Below, piece by piece: positions 9,934 to 19,370 of a stretch of 59,688 nt of DNA; position 1 is the stretch's first letter; every line of letters begins with the position of its first letter. The position numbers and the translations under genes were made by a program. Origin of the DNA: a bacterium. Lineage in GTDB: Bacteria > Patescibacteriota > WWE3 > UBA101185 > UBA10185. The stretch is from NCBI GenBank assembly GCA_035358315.1, contig DAOPPB010000001.1, positions 1 through 59,688 of the forward strand, given 5' to 3'. The notes under the pieces are model-generated. The model saw nothing but the letters and a program-made list of their open reading frames with translations. It had not been told where the DNA came from and made no database searches.

Positions 9934-10743
9934 TTACGGTGCGAAAAACAGCAGGAAAGACAAAAAAACAAGGACGATAGCGATATAGCCCGTTATCATT
10001 CCCTTAGATATTTCATTCTTAAGATGAGCTGAAACATAATTCAAGAGAAAAAGGAGGACTGAAGACACAAATAGAGCTCTCAGAAAATCTTCCGAAGGAA
10101 AAAATGACACCACAAGAGAAGAAGTGAAAATAAAAAACAGAGAAAGAAAACACAGATAAAATCTCTCCCCCACTCCGATCTTTTTAGCATCAGGTTCGAA
10201 TCTGTAAATCCACAATTGATAATAAGTAAATAAAAAAGAAATTACGGCCACTATAATTGATTGCACATAGGGAGAGACATTTATCTTAAAAATACCGGAA
10301 AAAAGGGGTATGGCGACAATTACCTGCAATATTTGACTCCACGTTACGGCAACCCTGTAAAGAGGAATTGTCTCTTCCCTATCCTGTACTACCAAAAAAA
10401 TGTTATCTGCAAGGGAAACTAGATAGTAAACCCCGGCAAAAAAGAAAATAACCATTATTTTAAAAACATTCCCCAAATTAGGATAAAAATGGAGCGATAG
10501 AATAGCACCTCCTAAGACACCCAAGGGCATCAAGATACTGTATAAGAAATTCTCCCGTGTTACCCCCGGATAATGAGATATTAGTACTCCGGTTGTTACC
10601 AAAACCACAGAAAGAAGCGCCAAAATCAAGGGATCGACATCTAATACCCCTTGCGTAAAAATATAGATGAAAACAGCAACCAAAAAAGACTGGATCAGAT
10701 ATTTATTTTTCTTTTCGAGTTCAAGATGAATCTTAGAAAACAT
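9934..10743 (-). CDS. Polytopic integral membrane protein, function unknown
   Basis: 269 aa, almost entirely hydrophobic, with roughly 7-8 predicted TM segments. It sits 2 nt downstream of ruvC in the same orientation. Confidence 0.6.
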   Translation of the reverse strand: MFSKIHLELEKKNKYLIQSFLVAVFIYIFTQGVLDVDPLILALLSVVLVTTGVLISHYPGVTRENFLYSILMPLGVLGGAILSLHFYPNLGNVFKIMVIFFFAGVYYLVSLADNIFLVVQDREETIPLYRVAVTWSQILQVIVAIPLFSGIFKINVSPYVQSIIVAVISFLFTYYQLWIYRFEPDAKKIGVGERFYLCFLSLFFIFTSSLVVSFFPSEDFLRALFVSSVLLFLLNYVSAHLKNEISKGMITGYIAIVLVFLSFLLFFAP

Positions 10744-10744
10744 T

Positions 10745-11257
10745 TTATTTCTTTTTGTTTCCTTTTGGCTTGGAGCCGTCTAAAACCACCTTTTTTATAT
10801 AGCAAAGGGCCATAGCAATCGCATCATTAGCATCGTCAGATGCTACCTTATCAGCAAGCTTTAAAGTTTTTTTAACCGCTTCTTGCATGACCTTCTTATC
10901 GGACCTGCCATAGCCGGTTAATACCAACTTGGCTTCCAAAGCAGTAAATTCATTCACTTTTACTTTTCGATTCGCCGCCGTTAGCATACTTATACCCCTA
11001 GCCTGACCTACAGCTATTGCAGTTTTTGCATTTGTATTAAAAAAAAGCTTTTCAATTACCATAACATCAGGATTGTATTTCTTAAGAACGGATGTAAGAC
11101 TTTCATAAAGATATTTCAACCTGTTTTCAGGTTCCAAATCAGCGTGGGTTACTATAACGTCGCTTTCCAGTAAACGAATGTTCTTACCGTCTTTTCCCAC
11201 TTTTATAACACCATACCCCATTCTGGCTGTTCCTGGGTCAATTCCTATTATTATCAT
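10745..11257 (-). CDS. ruvC: Holliday junction resolvase RuvC
   Basis: Motifs MIIIGIDPGTARMGYGVI, VIEKLFF and DANDAIAMALC. Confidence 0.9.
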   Translation of the reverse strand: MIIIGIDPGTARMGYGVIKVGKDGKNIRLLESDVIVTHADLEPENRLKYLYESLTSVLKKYNPDVMVIEKLFFNTNAKTAIAVGQARGISMLTAANRKVKVNEFTALEAKLVLTGYGRSDKKVMQEAVKKTLKLADKVASDDANDAIAMALCYIKKVVLDGSKPKGNKKK

Positions 11258-11793
11258 TTTTCAGGGAGTTCAAAATTTACGTAAATATCTTGAATATCAT
11301 CGTGATCGTCAAGTTCATCGAGCAAATCCTCAAGTTTTTTCGCCGAAATATCATCAACATCCACCATATAAATAGGATTATCCGGATCGGATGCAAAAAT
11401 ATATGCAGTACTTCCGGCAGCTCCTAACGAACCACCATGCCTACTAAATATGTTTCTTATTTCCGCAACGGTTCTGTTTATATTATCAGTAAGCGCCTTA
11501 ATATAAAAAGCTTCTCCGTTAGGACCAAATCCCTCATACACTGCTTCAACAAAATTTACTGATCCCCCCTGCCCCGACCCCTTCTCTATTGCTCTCTCTA
11601 TATTCTCTCTGGGCATTCTGGCTTCTTTGGCCCGCTCAACGGCTAATCTTAGAGTGGGATTAGAATCAGGATCTGCACCGGATTTTGCCGCAACACTAAT
11701 AAGCCTGCTCATTTTAGAAAACAATCTGCTTTTTTTTGCGTCCGTCACTTCTTTTTTTCTTTTAATATTTGCCCATTTGGAATGACCTGACAT
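11254..11793 (-). CDS. YebC/PmpR-family DNA-binding regulator (short form)
   Basis: Starts MSGHSKWANIKRKK..., with NPTLRLAVERAKEARMPRENIERAI. I use the internal ATG at 11793 because the family N-terminus begins there. Confidence 0.88.
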   Translation of the reverse strand: MSGHSKWANIKRKKEVTDAKKSRLFSKMSRLISVAAKSGADPDSNPTLRLAVERAKEARMPRENIERAIEKGSGQGGSVNFVEAVYEGFGPNGEAFYIKALTDNINRTVAEIRNIFSRHGGSLGAAGSTAYIFASDPDNPIYMVDVDDISAKKLEDLLDELDDHDDIQDIYVNFELPEK

Positions 11794-11916
11794 AACAAGT
11801 ATATTACCACAATTCCTGATTATTTTTATAGCAAAAATCTCTATCGGCAGGTTACCTTGACCCAAATGCCCGTTTTATAAGAAAATTCTCTTATTGACAA
11901 AATTTTATATTTTAAT

Positions 11917-12618
11917 ATGCTATCTCTTATGAGTTTAAGCCTTGCCGTGTTGACAAAAAAGGCCGTTGAGGCTTCGTTGAAGCAAAATTGGGATGAAGCG
12001 ATAAAACTGAATTCCGAAATTCTTAAAATTTACCCAAATAACATAGATGCAAAAATAAGATTGGGCAGATGTTATCTTCAGACAAAAGATTTTACAAAGG
12101 CAAAAAAGCTATTTAAGGAAGTGCTGGCCGTGGATCCTATTAATTCCCTGGCGCTAAAAAATCTGGAACTGGCTAAAAACAAGAAAACCGAATCTAACGG
12201 AGAAAGCACACTAGTGAGTACAAAATCTTTGCTTAAAGAACCCGGAACCACCTATGAAACCGAAGTACCTATAACGGCGAAAGGGCTAAAAGAAGAGGAT
12301 TTTATTTCCGGTGAGGAATTGGAATTTAAAGTAAGAAAGGACGATATAGAGGTCTATAAAAATAAAAAAAATCACAAAATCCTAATAGGAACAATAAAAA
12401 ATGATTACGTCGTACAGAAAGTTAAATGTGTGCTGGATAAGGGGGCGAAAGCAAAGATTACATTTATAAGGTGGAAAGAAAAAGAACTTGTCGTCTTAAT
12501 AAAAACGTCTATCCCTGTGTTCAAACCTGATAAAGTGGAAATAAGACCTTATTTAAGAAAGGGGACCATAGAAGAACCTGAACTTGAAATAGAAATGGAG
12601 GAGGAGGAAACGGAATAA
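11917..12618 (+). CDS. TPR-repeat protein with acidic tail
   Basis: TPR-like helices (WDEAIKLNSEILKIYPNNIDAKIRLGRCYLQTKDFTKAKKLFKEVLAVDPIN). The C-terminus is ELEIEMEEEETE. Confidence 0.65.
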   Translation: MLSLMSLSLAVLTKKAVEASLKQNWDEAIKLNSEILKIYPNNIDAKIRLGRCYLQTKDFTKAKKLFKEVLAVDPINSLALKNLELAKNKKTESNGESTLVSTKSLLKEPGTTYETEVPITAKGLKEEDFISGEELEFKVRKDDIEVYKNKKNHKILIGTIKNDYVVQKVKCVLDKGAKAKITFIRWKEKELVVLIKTSIPVFKPDKVEIRPYLRKGTIEEPELEIEMEEEETE

Positions 12619-12649
12619 CTCCCCTGCTCTTTGCGCTAATTCTTCGTAA

Positions 12650-13510
12650 TTATCTCAAATCGTCGTCCTCTAATGCATTGTAAGAAGCTTTATTCTTTTC
12701 CGCGGGGCTACTCTCCTCAATTATTTTTTTACTTCCGGCACTTTCGGAGTCTTTTTTCATCTTTTTATTTACTGAACCCGAAACGTTATTACTATTATTC
12801 AACTTTTTCATACTTTTCGCATTTTTCAAACCCTGCCTAGTAGTATCTTTACCACCATGTTTCAAGGTAAAGGAGTTCCTATCTGCGGAAGCCTTCACTC
12901 CCCTATCCGCATTTTTATGAACATCAGTTTTTAATTTCTTTTTTCCCTCAATCTCAACTGAACTTTTAGCATCTTCGGAATTTTTCAGAACTTTGTCTAA
13001 ACAGGCAAACGGAACTTTAGTATTCTCAGCTGGTATTAGAGCTACAGCACGATCATTTAATTCAGCACTATTGAACTCTGCAGAAGCATCGGATATTTTG
13101 TAAGAGCCCACATCTGAAAGCAAATACCACTTACCTTCTTTTTTCGTCAAAACGCCTTCGATTACTCTTCTTTCTACTCTATCAATCTGCTTAAATATCT
13201 GTCTGCCTGAATCCGTAAAAACTTTCAAAATATCCCCGTAAACAAGCTTTGATTTCGCAGCGTAATTTGGAGGAACCTCAGTTTTCCTGCCATCTTGGGC
13301 TACCAGATACTGACCGTCAAATACACCTTCCGTTCCTGGAATACTTTGATAATGAGCCTTCCTTTCTTCTCTTTCCATATTATCAATGATATTCTGAATC
13401 TTCTCTATTTGGTTCAAAGCGGACTGCAAGAGATTTTTTACATTTTCATATTTTTTCTGATAAGTGCCCGTAAAATCAAATTCATCCTTATTTTTTTCCT
13501 GCTCTTTCAT
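12650..13510 (-). CDS. Hypothetical protein (coiled-coil N-terminus, Lys/Ser-rich C-terminus), translationally adjacent to the upstream ATPase
   Basis: 286 aa with no motif I recognise. It starts 3 nt after the stop of the 844-aa ATPase gene. Confidence 0.5.
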   Translation of the reverse strand: MKEQEKNKDEFDFTGTYQKKYENVKNLLQSALNQIEKIQNIIDNMEREERKAHYQSIPGTEGVFDGQYLVAQDGRKTEVPPNYAAKSKLVYGDILKVFTDSGRQIFKQIDRVERRVIEGVLTKKEGKWYLLSDVGSYKISDASAEFNSAELNDRAVALIPAENTKVPFACLDKVLKNSEDAKSSVEIEGKKKLKTDVHKNADRGVKASADRNSFTLKHGGKDTTRQGLKNAKSMKKLNNSNNVSGSVNKKMKKDSESAGSKKIIEESSPAEKNKASYNALEDDDLR

Positions 13511-13512
13511 TT

Positions 13513-16047
13513 TTATTTCTCCTCTGTACTCTCAAAATTATTACCTATTGAACCATTTATGTTCTTACCGGAATATTCTTGAGCAATTGCCATCCCCTTG
13601 TCAAATCTGGTCGACAGCCACTTGTTAACCTTAGACTCTACCTTTTCTCTCGGCACACCATATTTCTCCCTGCTCCTCTGCAATACTTTTTCTTTATTTC
13701 CTGTTTTTTTAATTAAAAACTCATCATCCCAAGGAACTAATATTTTAGCTGAAAAAGGATGGGAAGTCATCCCGTCCACCATCAATTTCATATAAACCTG
13801 GAATCTCTCAAGAGAAATAATATCCTCCTCGCTGAAATACGGAGCGAATTCTTTTGCCAATTCTTTGGCATCGGGAGCACCTAAGGCAAAGGTAATTATT
13901 GTGCCCACATTTCCGTATACGGCCTTTAAAAGATCTTCCGGGAGCTGACCAGTAAACTGATGTGTCAAATTCAGACCCAATTTATACTTTCTTGACTCAG
14001 ACAAAATCTCTTCAAAACTTCCGGTGGCAAAATTCTGGAACTCATCAACATAAAGATAGAACGGTCTTCTTTTTTCATTCGGAATTTTAGCTCTTTGAAG
14101 AGCATAAAACTGTATTCTGGATACGAGAAGCGCCCCCAACAAATTAGCGTTATCCTGCCCTATCTTCCCTTTTGACAAGTTCATAAGAAGTATTTTTCCC
14201 GAATTCATAGCATCCCAAATGTCTATTGTGGATTTTCTCTGACCCAGTATATTTCTAATAGTAGTGGAAGCTAAAAATCTATTAACTTTATTTTGTATAG
14301 GAGAAATTGCCTCCGTAACAAGTTTTTGATTTCCCTTCATTTGCTTAAACTCTTCCGACCAAAACTTTTGCACAACAGGATCTTTTACAAAATGCAAAAT
14401 ATAATTAAGATAATTTTGGTCTTCTAATAACCTGGTAATTCCAAGCATTGTAGTCCCAGGAACTTCCAACAAGGTCAGAACACAGTAATTTAACAGGTAT
14501 TCTAATCTAGGTCCCCATGAAAAATCGAAATGCTGTTTTATTGCAGAAACAAGACCGGACGCCATCAAGTTCTTCTGAGACGGGTCATCAATCTCGAGCA
14601 GATTAAGCCCGACGGGATATTCCGTATCCGAAGGATCCAAATATATTACATCTTCTATTCTGTTGTCGGGAATTCTATCCAAAACATTTTCAATAGTTTC
14701 TCCGTGAGGATCTAAAATAGCCGCCCCCTCACCATTGGCTATATCCTGAGCCATCATGGTAACAAAGAGAGATGATTTTCCGGTTCCGGACTTTCCAATT
14801 ACATAAACATGTCTCAACCTATCATCGTTGTCATTTCTTATACCGAATTTTACTGATTGATTTCTGTAAACGGTTTCGCCCAAGTAGGTGCAATTTTCCG
14901 TCGGCAGATTAGCAGGAGGTTCAGATTTTCTTGAATATACCCAGGATATGTTTGGCGTATCTATATGGGAAAGAGGAAAATGATAAATAGTTGCAAGTTC
15001 CTCAGTATTTAGAATAATGGCTCTATTGGGATCAAACTCTCTTTTTTTGTAAGCATTTAGTGCTAATTCTTTATTATCCTCATTTTTGCTGATTAAGCTG
15101 TTTATACTGGTTCCGGAAAATTGCTCAAAAGAAGCTATTATTCCTCTTAAATTGGCATCTACCCGAGACTCTTCCGGCGCGGCAGAAACAACTCTGATAA
15201 CGGCTTCAAAACCCATTCTGGAAAGTTTATTTTCTATGGACTTTAATTCCGTTTCTTTAGCGGCGCTTATCTTAGGAGTAGTTGTATATTTACCCTTTAC
15301 CTCAACTCCTTCTGCAGGGCGGGTAAATAAACCAACTATAACTCCTGTAAATATTTCTGAAATCTCTTTCTTCACAGTATCAAAAAAGATATTGAACGTA
15401 CTCTTTACTTTCCCGGGATCTTGCCCCTCTCTGACTTTGTTTACATAATCAAAACCCTCCTGTTGCCATTTATCAGCAATTGGCCTGGTCAGAATTTGCA
15501 ACCATACTTCTTCACTTTTGGATAAAGTAGATACCGAGGAAGACAGAGAGGACATAGGATCGGTCTCAAAATCCCTAAAACTTCTTATCGGGTAATAATC
15601 CGGCTTGGAGAAAACCAAGCTTGATACTTTATAATTTATATGAGACGGATTTATCGCAGGGGTATAGTCGGATACTACGTTAACTATAGCTGTCGGATAT
15701 TGTGCGTATATCTGGCTTTCCACAAACTCGAGCACACTTAACGGAGTAGTAACATAAAATCTTATACCTCTCTCCCCAGAAGCCACCATTTCAAAAGAAA
15801 TATGCTCTTGAAGATCGGGATCGGATTTTAACAATCCGTGCAGTGCAGAAAACATATTCTCCGCACTTAAAGAAGAAGCCTGTATATCCCGCTTCTGGTC
15901 TTCATTCCTACTTAGCTGTACTTCCAATATTCCCCTATCATCGGATTTTTTATCTCTCGATTTTTCGCGCTGCCTAATACGCAGATACACACCAAGCAGT
16001 ATTGCTATTACAGGCAAAATTAAAATTAAATAGTTGTTTAAAGTCAT
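13513..16047 (-). CDS. Membrane-anchored TraD/VirD4/HerA-like P-loop ATPase
   Basis: N-terminal TM (LILILPVIAILLGVYL), Walker A VIGKSGTGKSS followed by AILDPHGE, and Walker B FYLYVDEFQNFAT followed by RKYKLGLNLTHQ. This arrangement is typical of coupling-protein / DUF87-like ATPases. Confidence 0.7.
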   Translation of the reverse strand: MTLNNYLILILPVIAILLGVYLRIRQREKSRDKKSDDRGILEVQLSRNEDQKRDIQASSLSAENMFSALHGLLKSDPDLQEHISFEMVASGERGIRFYVTTPLSVLEFVESQIYAQYPTAIVNVVSDYTPAINPSHINYKVSSLVFSKPDYYPIRSFRDFETDPMSSLSSSVSTLSKSEEVWLQILTRPIADKWQQEGFDYVNKVREGQDPGKVKSTFNIFFDTVKKEISEIFTGVIVGLFTRPAEGVEVKGKYTTTPKISAAKETELKSIENKLSRMGFEAVIRVVSAAPEESRVDANLRGIIASFEQFSGTSINSLISKNEDNKELALNAYKKREFDPNRAIILNTEELATIYHFPLSHIDTPNISWVYSRKSEPPANLPTENCTYLGETVYRNQSVKFGIRNDNDDRLRHVYVIGKSGTGKSSLFVTMMAQDIANGEGAAILDPHGETIENVLDRIPDNRIEDVIYLDPSDTEYPVGLNLLEIDDPSQKNLMASGLVSAIKQHFDFSWGPRLEYLLNYCVLTLLEVPGTTMLGITRLLEDQNYLNYILHFVKDPVVQKFWSEEFKQMKGNQKLVTEAISPIQNKVNRFLASTTIRNILGQRKSTIDIWDAMNSGKILLMNLSKGKIGQDNANLLGALLVSRIQFYALQRAKIPNEKRRPFYLYVDEFQNFATGSFEEILSESRKYKLGLNLTHQFTGQLPEDLLKAVYGNVGTIITFALGAPDAKELAKEFAPYFSEEDIISLERFQVYMKLMVDGMTSHPFSAKILVPWDDEFLIKKTGNKEKVLQRSREKYGVPREKVESKVNKWLSTRFDKGMAIAQEYSGKNINGSIGNNFESTEEK

Positions 16048-16060
16048 TTTTTCTCCCCGT

Positions 16061-16190
16061 CAGAACAAAATAAACCCCCGCCCTCTGATTTAGACAAAGT
16101 CTGAATCCGAAGGGGCAAGAAAAACTTCTAAGACCTGTAAGAAGAACATTCTAAAAGCCTTCCTTGCAGAACAAAATAAACCCCCGCCCT
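16061..16190. repeat. Two copies of a 24-bp direct repeat CAGAACAAAATAAACCCCCGCCCT
   Basis: Identical 24-mers at 16061-16084 and 16167-16190. The second overlaps a CCCCCG...CGGGGG hairpin (16181-16205) that would serve as the minus-strand terminator of the LCP gene. Confidence 0.7.
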
Positions 16191-16234
16191 AATTTTGGAC
16201 GGGGGATAGAAAGGAGAGAGTACTATCCTTAATA

Positions 16235-17302
16235 TTAGTACAAGTCGCCTAAAGTGTCAAATCCAAAAATTACCGCCACATCGGATCTATCTATCTCCCC
16301 CTCCAGAAAATCCCAGGCCTCCTCTTTTGAAATAATCGAATATATCCTGAAAACTCTGGACAGAAAGGCGACTGTTTGGGAATTAACGTCATCGGCAATT
16401 ATTACGCTTTTATCATATATTTTTGATGTACTCTGAGTAGAAATCACCCTTCCGCCAAAATTTGATATAACCCTTGCTCCGAAGGCGGCTAAACCCGTAG
16501 AATCCGTACCATTCAGAACGGCTATATTCTTTTGCTCTTTAGCCAGAAAAGATTCGTAAGTAAATTCCCTTATGGAATTATCAAAATCTCTTGTGTTATA
16601 GAAGTCCCGTGGGCCATTCTTTTCCTCAACTACTCTATCCTTCGGAAGTGAGTAAACAAAGGAAATAAGATTGTAAAATTCACGGATGTCCAAATTTGTT
16701 CTAAGTGAGTCGCTTAGATCGGAAACATTTTTTAGACTAACCAAACTAAAAACTCCACCTTCACGCCAAATATTGTCAAAGAATTTCTCATGATTCTCAT
16801 CCGTCAGGACAAATTTATCCACTTTAAAACCAAACAGTTTAAAAATAGATCTGTTTATTGCTTCGGCACCGGAAACTAAACGATCATCGGAATTCAAACC
16901 ACCCAAAGCGAAAACCTTCCCCAAAACCTCTGATCCAAATTTCCCCGGCAACGAATAGCTAACATCCACGGGAATATCATACATAAAGACACGTTTGTCC
17001 GCTTTATCAAAAATTATGAAATTTACTTTCTTTACAACAATTGGGTCACTTTTTAAATCCTCTACTACAATGTAGGAAATGGTAGGAATTTGGTCATCAT
17101 ATATGGAATAACTAGAAGAAGACAAAGCGGAAGCGAATTTTTGATTTAAATATTTAAAAAAAGTGTAAGAGAAAAGAAATAAAAAAGAGATCAAAAATAT
17201 ACCTGCCACAAGCCCCATCCTAAGAAATCTTTTGCGGATAGAACGATTAATGGCAGTTTTAGAACCGGAACGATATTTTCTTCGGGCAGGAGACCTTTTC
17301 AT
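16235..17302 (-). CDS. LytR/CpsA/Psr (LCP)-family protein with LytR_C-type C-terminal domain
   Basis: Basic N-terminus plus a TM segment, an extracytoplasmic domain, and C-terminal IAVLNGTDSTGLAAFGARVISNFGGRVIS, typical of the LytR C-terminal domain. Confidence 0.65.
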   Translation of the reverse strand: MKRSPARRKYRSGSKTAINRSIRKRFLRMGLVAGIFLISFLFLFSYTFFKYLNQKFASALSSSSYSIYDDQIPTISYIVVEDLKSDPIVVKKVNFIIFDKADKRVFMYDIPVDVSYSLPGKFGSEVLGKVFALGGLNSDDRLVSGAEAINRSIFKLFGFKVDKFVLTDENHEKFFDNIWREGGVFSLVSLKNVSDLSDSLRTNLDIREFYNLISFVYSLPKDRVVEEKNGPRDFYNTRDFDNSIREFTYESFLAKEQKNIAVLNGTDSTGLAAFGARVISNFGGRVISTQSTSKIYDKSVIIADDVNSQTVAFLSRVFRIYSIISKEEAWDFLEGEIDRSDVAVIFGFDTLGDLY

Positions 17303-17323
17303 AATTATGACTGATATATCATA

Positions 17324-18022
17324 TTATATTTTGAATTCCGTTGGCAAGGGGGACCTGAAACGCCTAAATTTTCCTGTAGTAGGGCTAACAAAACCTAAAA
17401 TTTCCGCGTGCAACATCATTCTACTAAAAAGCTTAAAGTCCGATTTGAGTAAATTTTGTGCACAATATATCTCATCTCCCGCAACGGGGTGATTAATAGC
17501 AAATAGGTGAACTCTTATCTGGTGCGTCCTTCCGGTTTTCGGAAATACATCAACAAGTGTGTAAAAATTTCCGCCTAATTCCACAGTTTTAATTTTCTCA
17601 ATTACGGTAAGAGCAGACCTTCCACCGGAAACTACAGCCATTTTTAACGGATTTTTAGGATTTCTACCAAGAGGAGCGTTAATTTCAACAATTTCATCCT
17701 CTATCCTGCCATGCACCAGAGCAACATATTTTTTGTATGTTTTTCTTTCCTTAAACTGCTTTTGTAAAAAATAAAAAGATTCTGTGTTTTTCGCAGCTAC
17801 AATAACACCGGAAGTATCCTTATCTAATCTGTGAACTATTCCCGATCTGCTTACAAATTCAGAATCTTCGGTATCACCAAAACAATCGGGATATCTATCA
17901 CATAAAATATCCTGCAATGTTCTTTCTTTATACGTATTTGATTTATTTACAACCAAACCATACGGTTTATCTATCACAACAATATTTTTATCTTCGTATA
18001 TAGTTTCTATTTCTTTTTCCAT
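17324..18022 (-). CDS. RluA-family 23S rRNA pseudouridine synthase (RluD-like, no S4 domain)
   Basis: Motifs HRLDKDTSGVIVAAK and GRTHQIRVH. Confidence 0.9.
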   Translation of the reverse strand: MEKEIETIYEDKNIVVIDKPYGLVVNKSNTYKERTLQDILCDRYPDCFGDTEDSEFVSRSGIVHRLDKDTSGVIVAAKNTESFYFLQKQFKERKTYKKYVALVHGRIEDEIVEINAPLGRNPKNPLKMAVVSGGRSALTVIEKIKTVELGGNFYTLVDVFPKTGRTHQIRVHLFAINHPVAGDEIYCAQNLLKSDFKLFSRMMLHAEILGFVSPTTGKFRRFRSPLPTEFKI

Positions 18023-18321
18023 ATTGTTAACAAAAGCAAAATTACCCCAATTGTAATCATGATATCAGCGAAATTAAAGTGAAAAAAACTGAAAAAACTA
18101 AGGAAATCTTCCACACAACCCGTTGTCATCCTTTTGTTTAAATTATAAATACTGCCAAAAAAAATGAGAAAAAAACCAATATCCGAAACAATGGACCTAG
18201 CAAATTCAAGAAAATATAAAACAGAAAGCAAAAGAAGAAGAAAAAGGGAAAAAACTAGATAGTACTTTAAATCAATAAAATTAGAAAACGGATAACTACA
18301 ATTGTAAGCCACTTCCGTCAC
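18007..18321 (-). CDS. lspA: Short lipoprotein signal peptidase II-like membrane protein
   Basis: 104 aa. GSIYNLNKRMTTGCVEDFL and FNFADIMITIGVILLL resemble the LspA GN..DR..G.V.DF and FN.AD boxes. The classic lspA-rluD adjacency is present. The protein is about 50 aa shorter than typical LspA. Confidence 0.55.
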   Translation of the reverse strand: MTEVAYNCSYPFSNFIDLKYYLVFSLFLLLLLSVLYFLEFARSIVSDIGFFLIFFGSIYNLNKRMTTGCVEDFLSFFSFFHFNFADIMITIGVILLLLTIWKKK

Positions 18322-19367
18322 TGGGCATTTTTCTCCAGTATTTCGTCCTCCCTTACCTCATCAATTTGAGAGCGATCGGTTGCACAATCAATACAGGTAG
18401 TAGCCTCGGGATAGGCTCTTAATCTAGCCTTATCTATATCCTTACCGCAAACTTCACATTTTCCGTATTTTCCCAATTTCATCGCGGCCAGAGCTTTTCT
18501 TACCTGAATTTTCAAACTCCTGACGGTGGAAATTCTTGCATCCGTAACAATTTTTCCCGTATCTTCCATAACATCATCCAGCGTCTCGGCGTTGTCTGTG
18601 GCCCTTCCGTACTGCAAATAAGGATCTTCTTTGATTAATTGCTGCTGTTGTTGATCAAGTCTCTTCTCCTTAGATTGTAATTTTTTCTTTAAATTGTTCA
18701 AAACCTGTTCAGGAAATTTAGTATCGGACATATTTTTTCTACCTCTCAAATACAAATTTACCAAACCTATTGTAAACAAAATAGAAGAAAATAGCAAAGA
18801 CCCTTTTTTTCTTAAAAAGGTAAGGAGAGAAAAGACAACAAAAAAGATAAAGAACGAAAAAATCTGCCCCGACATAAATTTATATCCACGATGCCTAATT
18901 ACAAAAAAATAAAAAACTAAAGTAAGAATAAACAAAATCAGACAATCTGTCTGCCCCGACACTATAAATTCCCCCAAGCTCAAAATCATTAAAAGAACAG
19001 AAAAGGCCATTGTGTATATATCCAAAATTCTAAAAGCAGACCACTTAAATTTCTTTGCAAAAATAAAAATCGGTGCCAGACTCAAAAGGAAAACACAAAC
19101 TCCTAAGAGAGTTGTTTGATCTAAAATCAAAAGTCTGTTCGCCGGATGGTAAATTTTCAGCCATTCCAATAGTCTATAAATGAGAAAGGAAATACTTCCG
19201 GAAAGAATAACTGAGCTGAATATTAAATCAAAAAATCTTTGGGTATTAAAACCGTCTTTTTTTGACTCCCCCCAGAGTATAAACATCCAGCAGAAAACCC
19301 CCAGGAAAAATACAATCTCCATGAGCCTAACGTTAGCTGATCCTATTTTCACAACTTCGGGAATCAT
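18318..19367 (-). CDS. Fusion of a multi-pass membrane domain with a C-terminal DksA/TraR C4 zinc finger
   Basis: Residues 1 to about 205 are hydrophobic (about 6 TM). A coiled-coil linker follows, then CEVCGKDIDKARLRAYPEATTCIDCA (CxxC-N17-CxxC of the DksA/TraR family). It ends with TGA and overlaps the lspA start by 4 nt. Confidence 0.7.
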   Translation of the reverse strand: MIPEVVKIGSANVRLMEIVFFLGVFCWMFILWGESKKDGFNTQRFFDLIFSSVILSGSISFLIYRLLEWLKIYHPANRLLILDQTTLLGVCVFLLSLAPIFIFAKKFKWSAFRILDIYTMAFSVLLMILSLGEFIVSGQTDCLILFILTLVFYFFVIRHRGYKFMSGQIFSFFIFFVVFSLLTFLRKKGSLLFSSILFTIGLVNLYLRGRKNMSDTKFPEQVLNNLKKKLQSKEKRLDQQQQQLIKEDPYLQYGRATDNAETLDDVMEDTGKIVTDARISTVRSLKIQVRKALAAMKLGKYGKCEVCGKDIDKARLRAYPEATTCIDCATDRSQIDEVREDEILEKNAQ

Positions 19368-19370
19368 CTT

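Noticed and set aside
18318-18320. Alternative genetic code (UGA reassigned, as in some candidate phyla)
   Set aside because: TGA terminates the DksA/TraR-fusion ORF right after the family's normal C-terminus. All housekeeping proteins are full length under the standard code, so code 11 fits.
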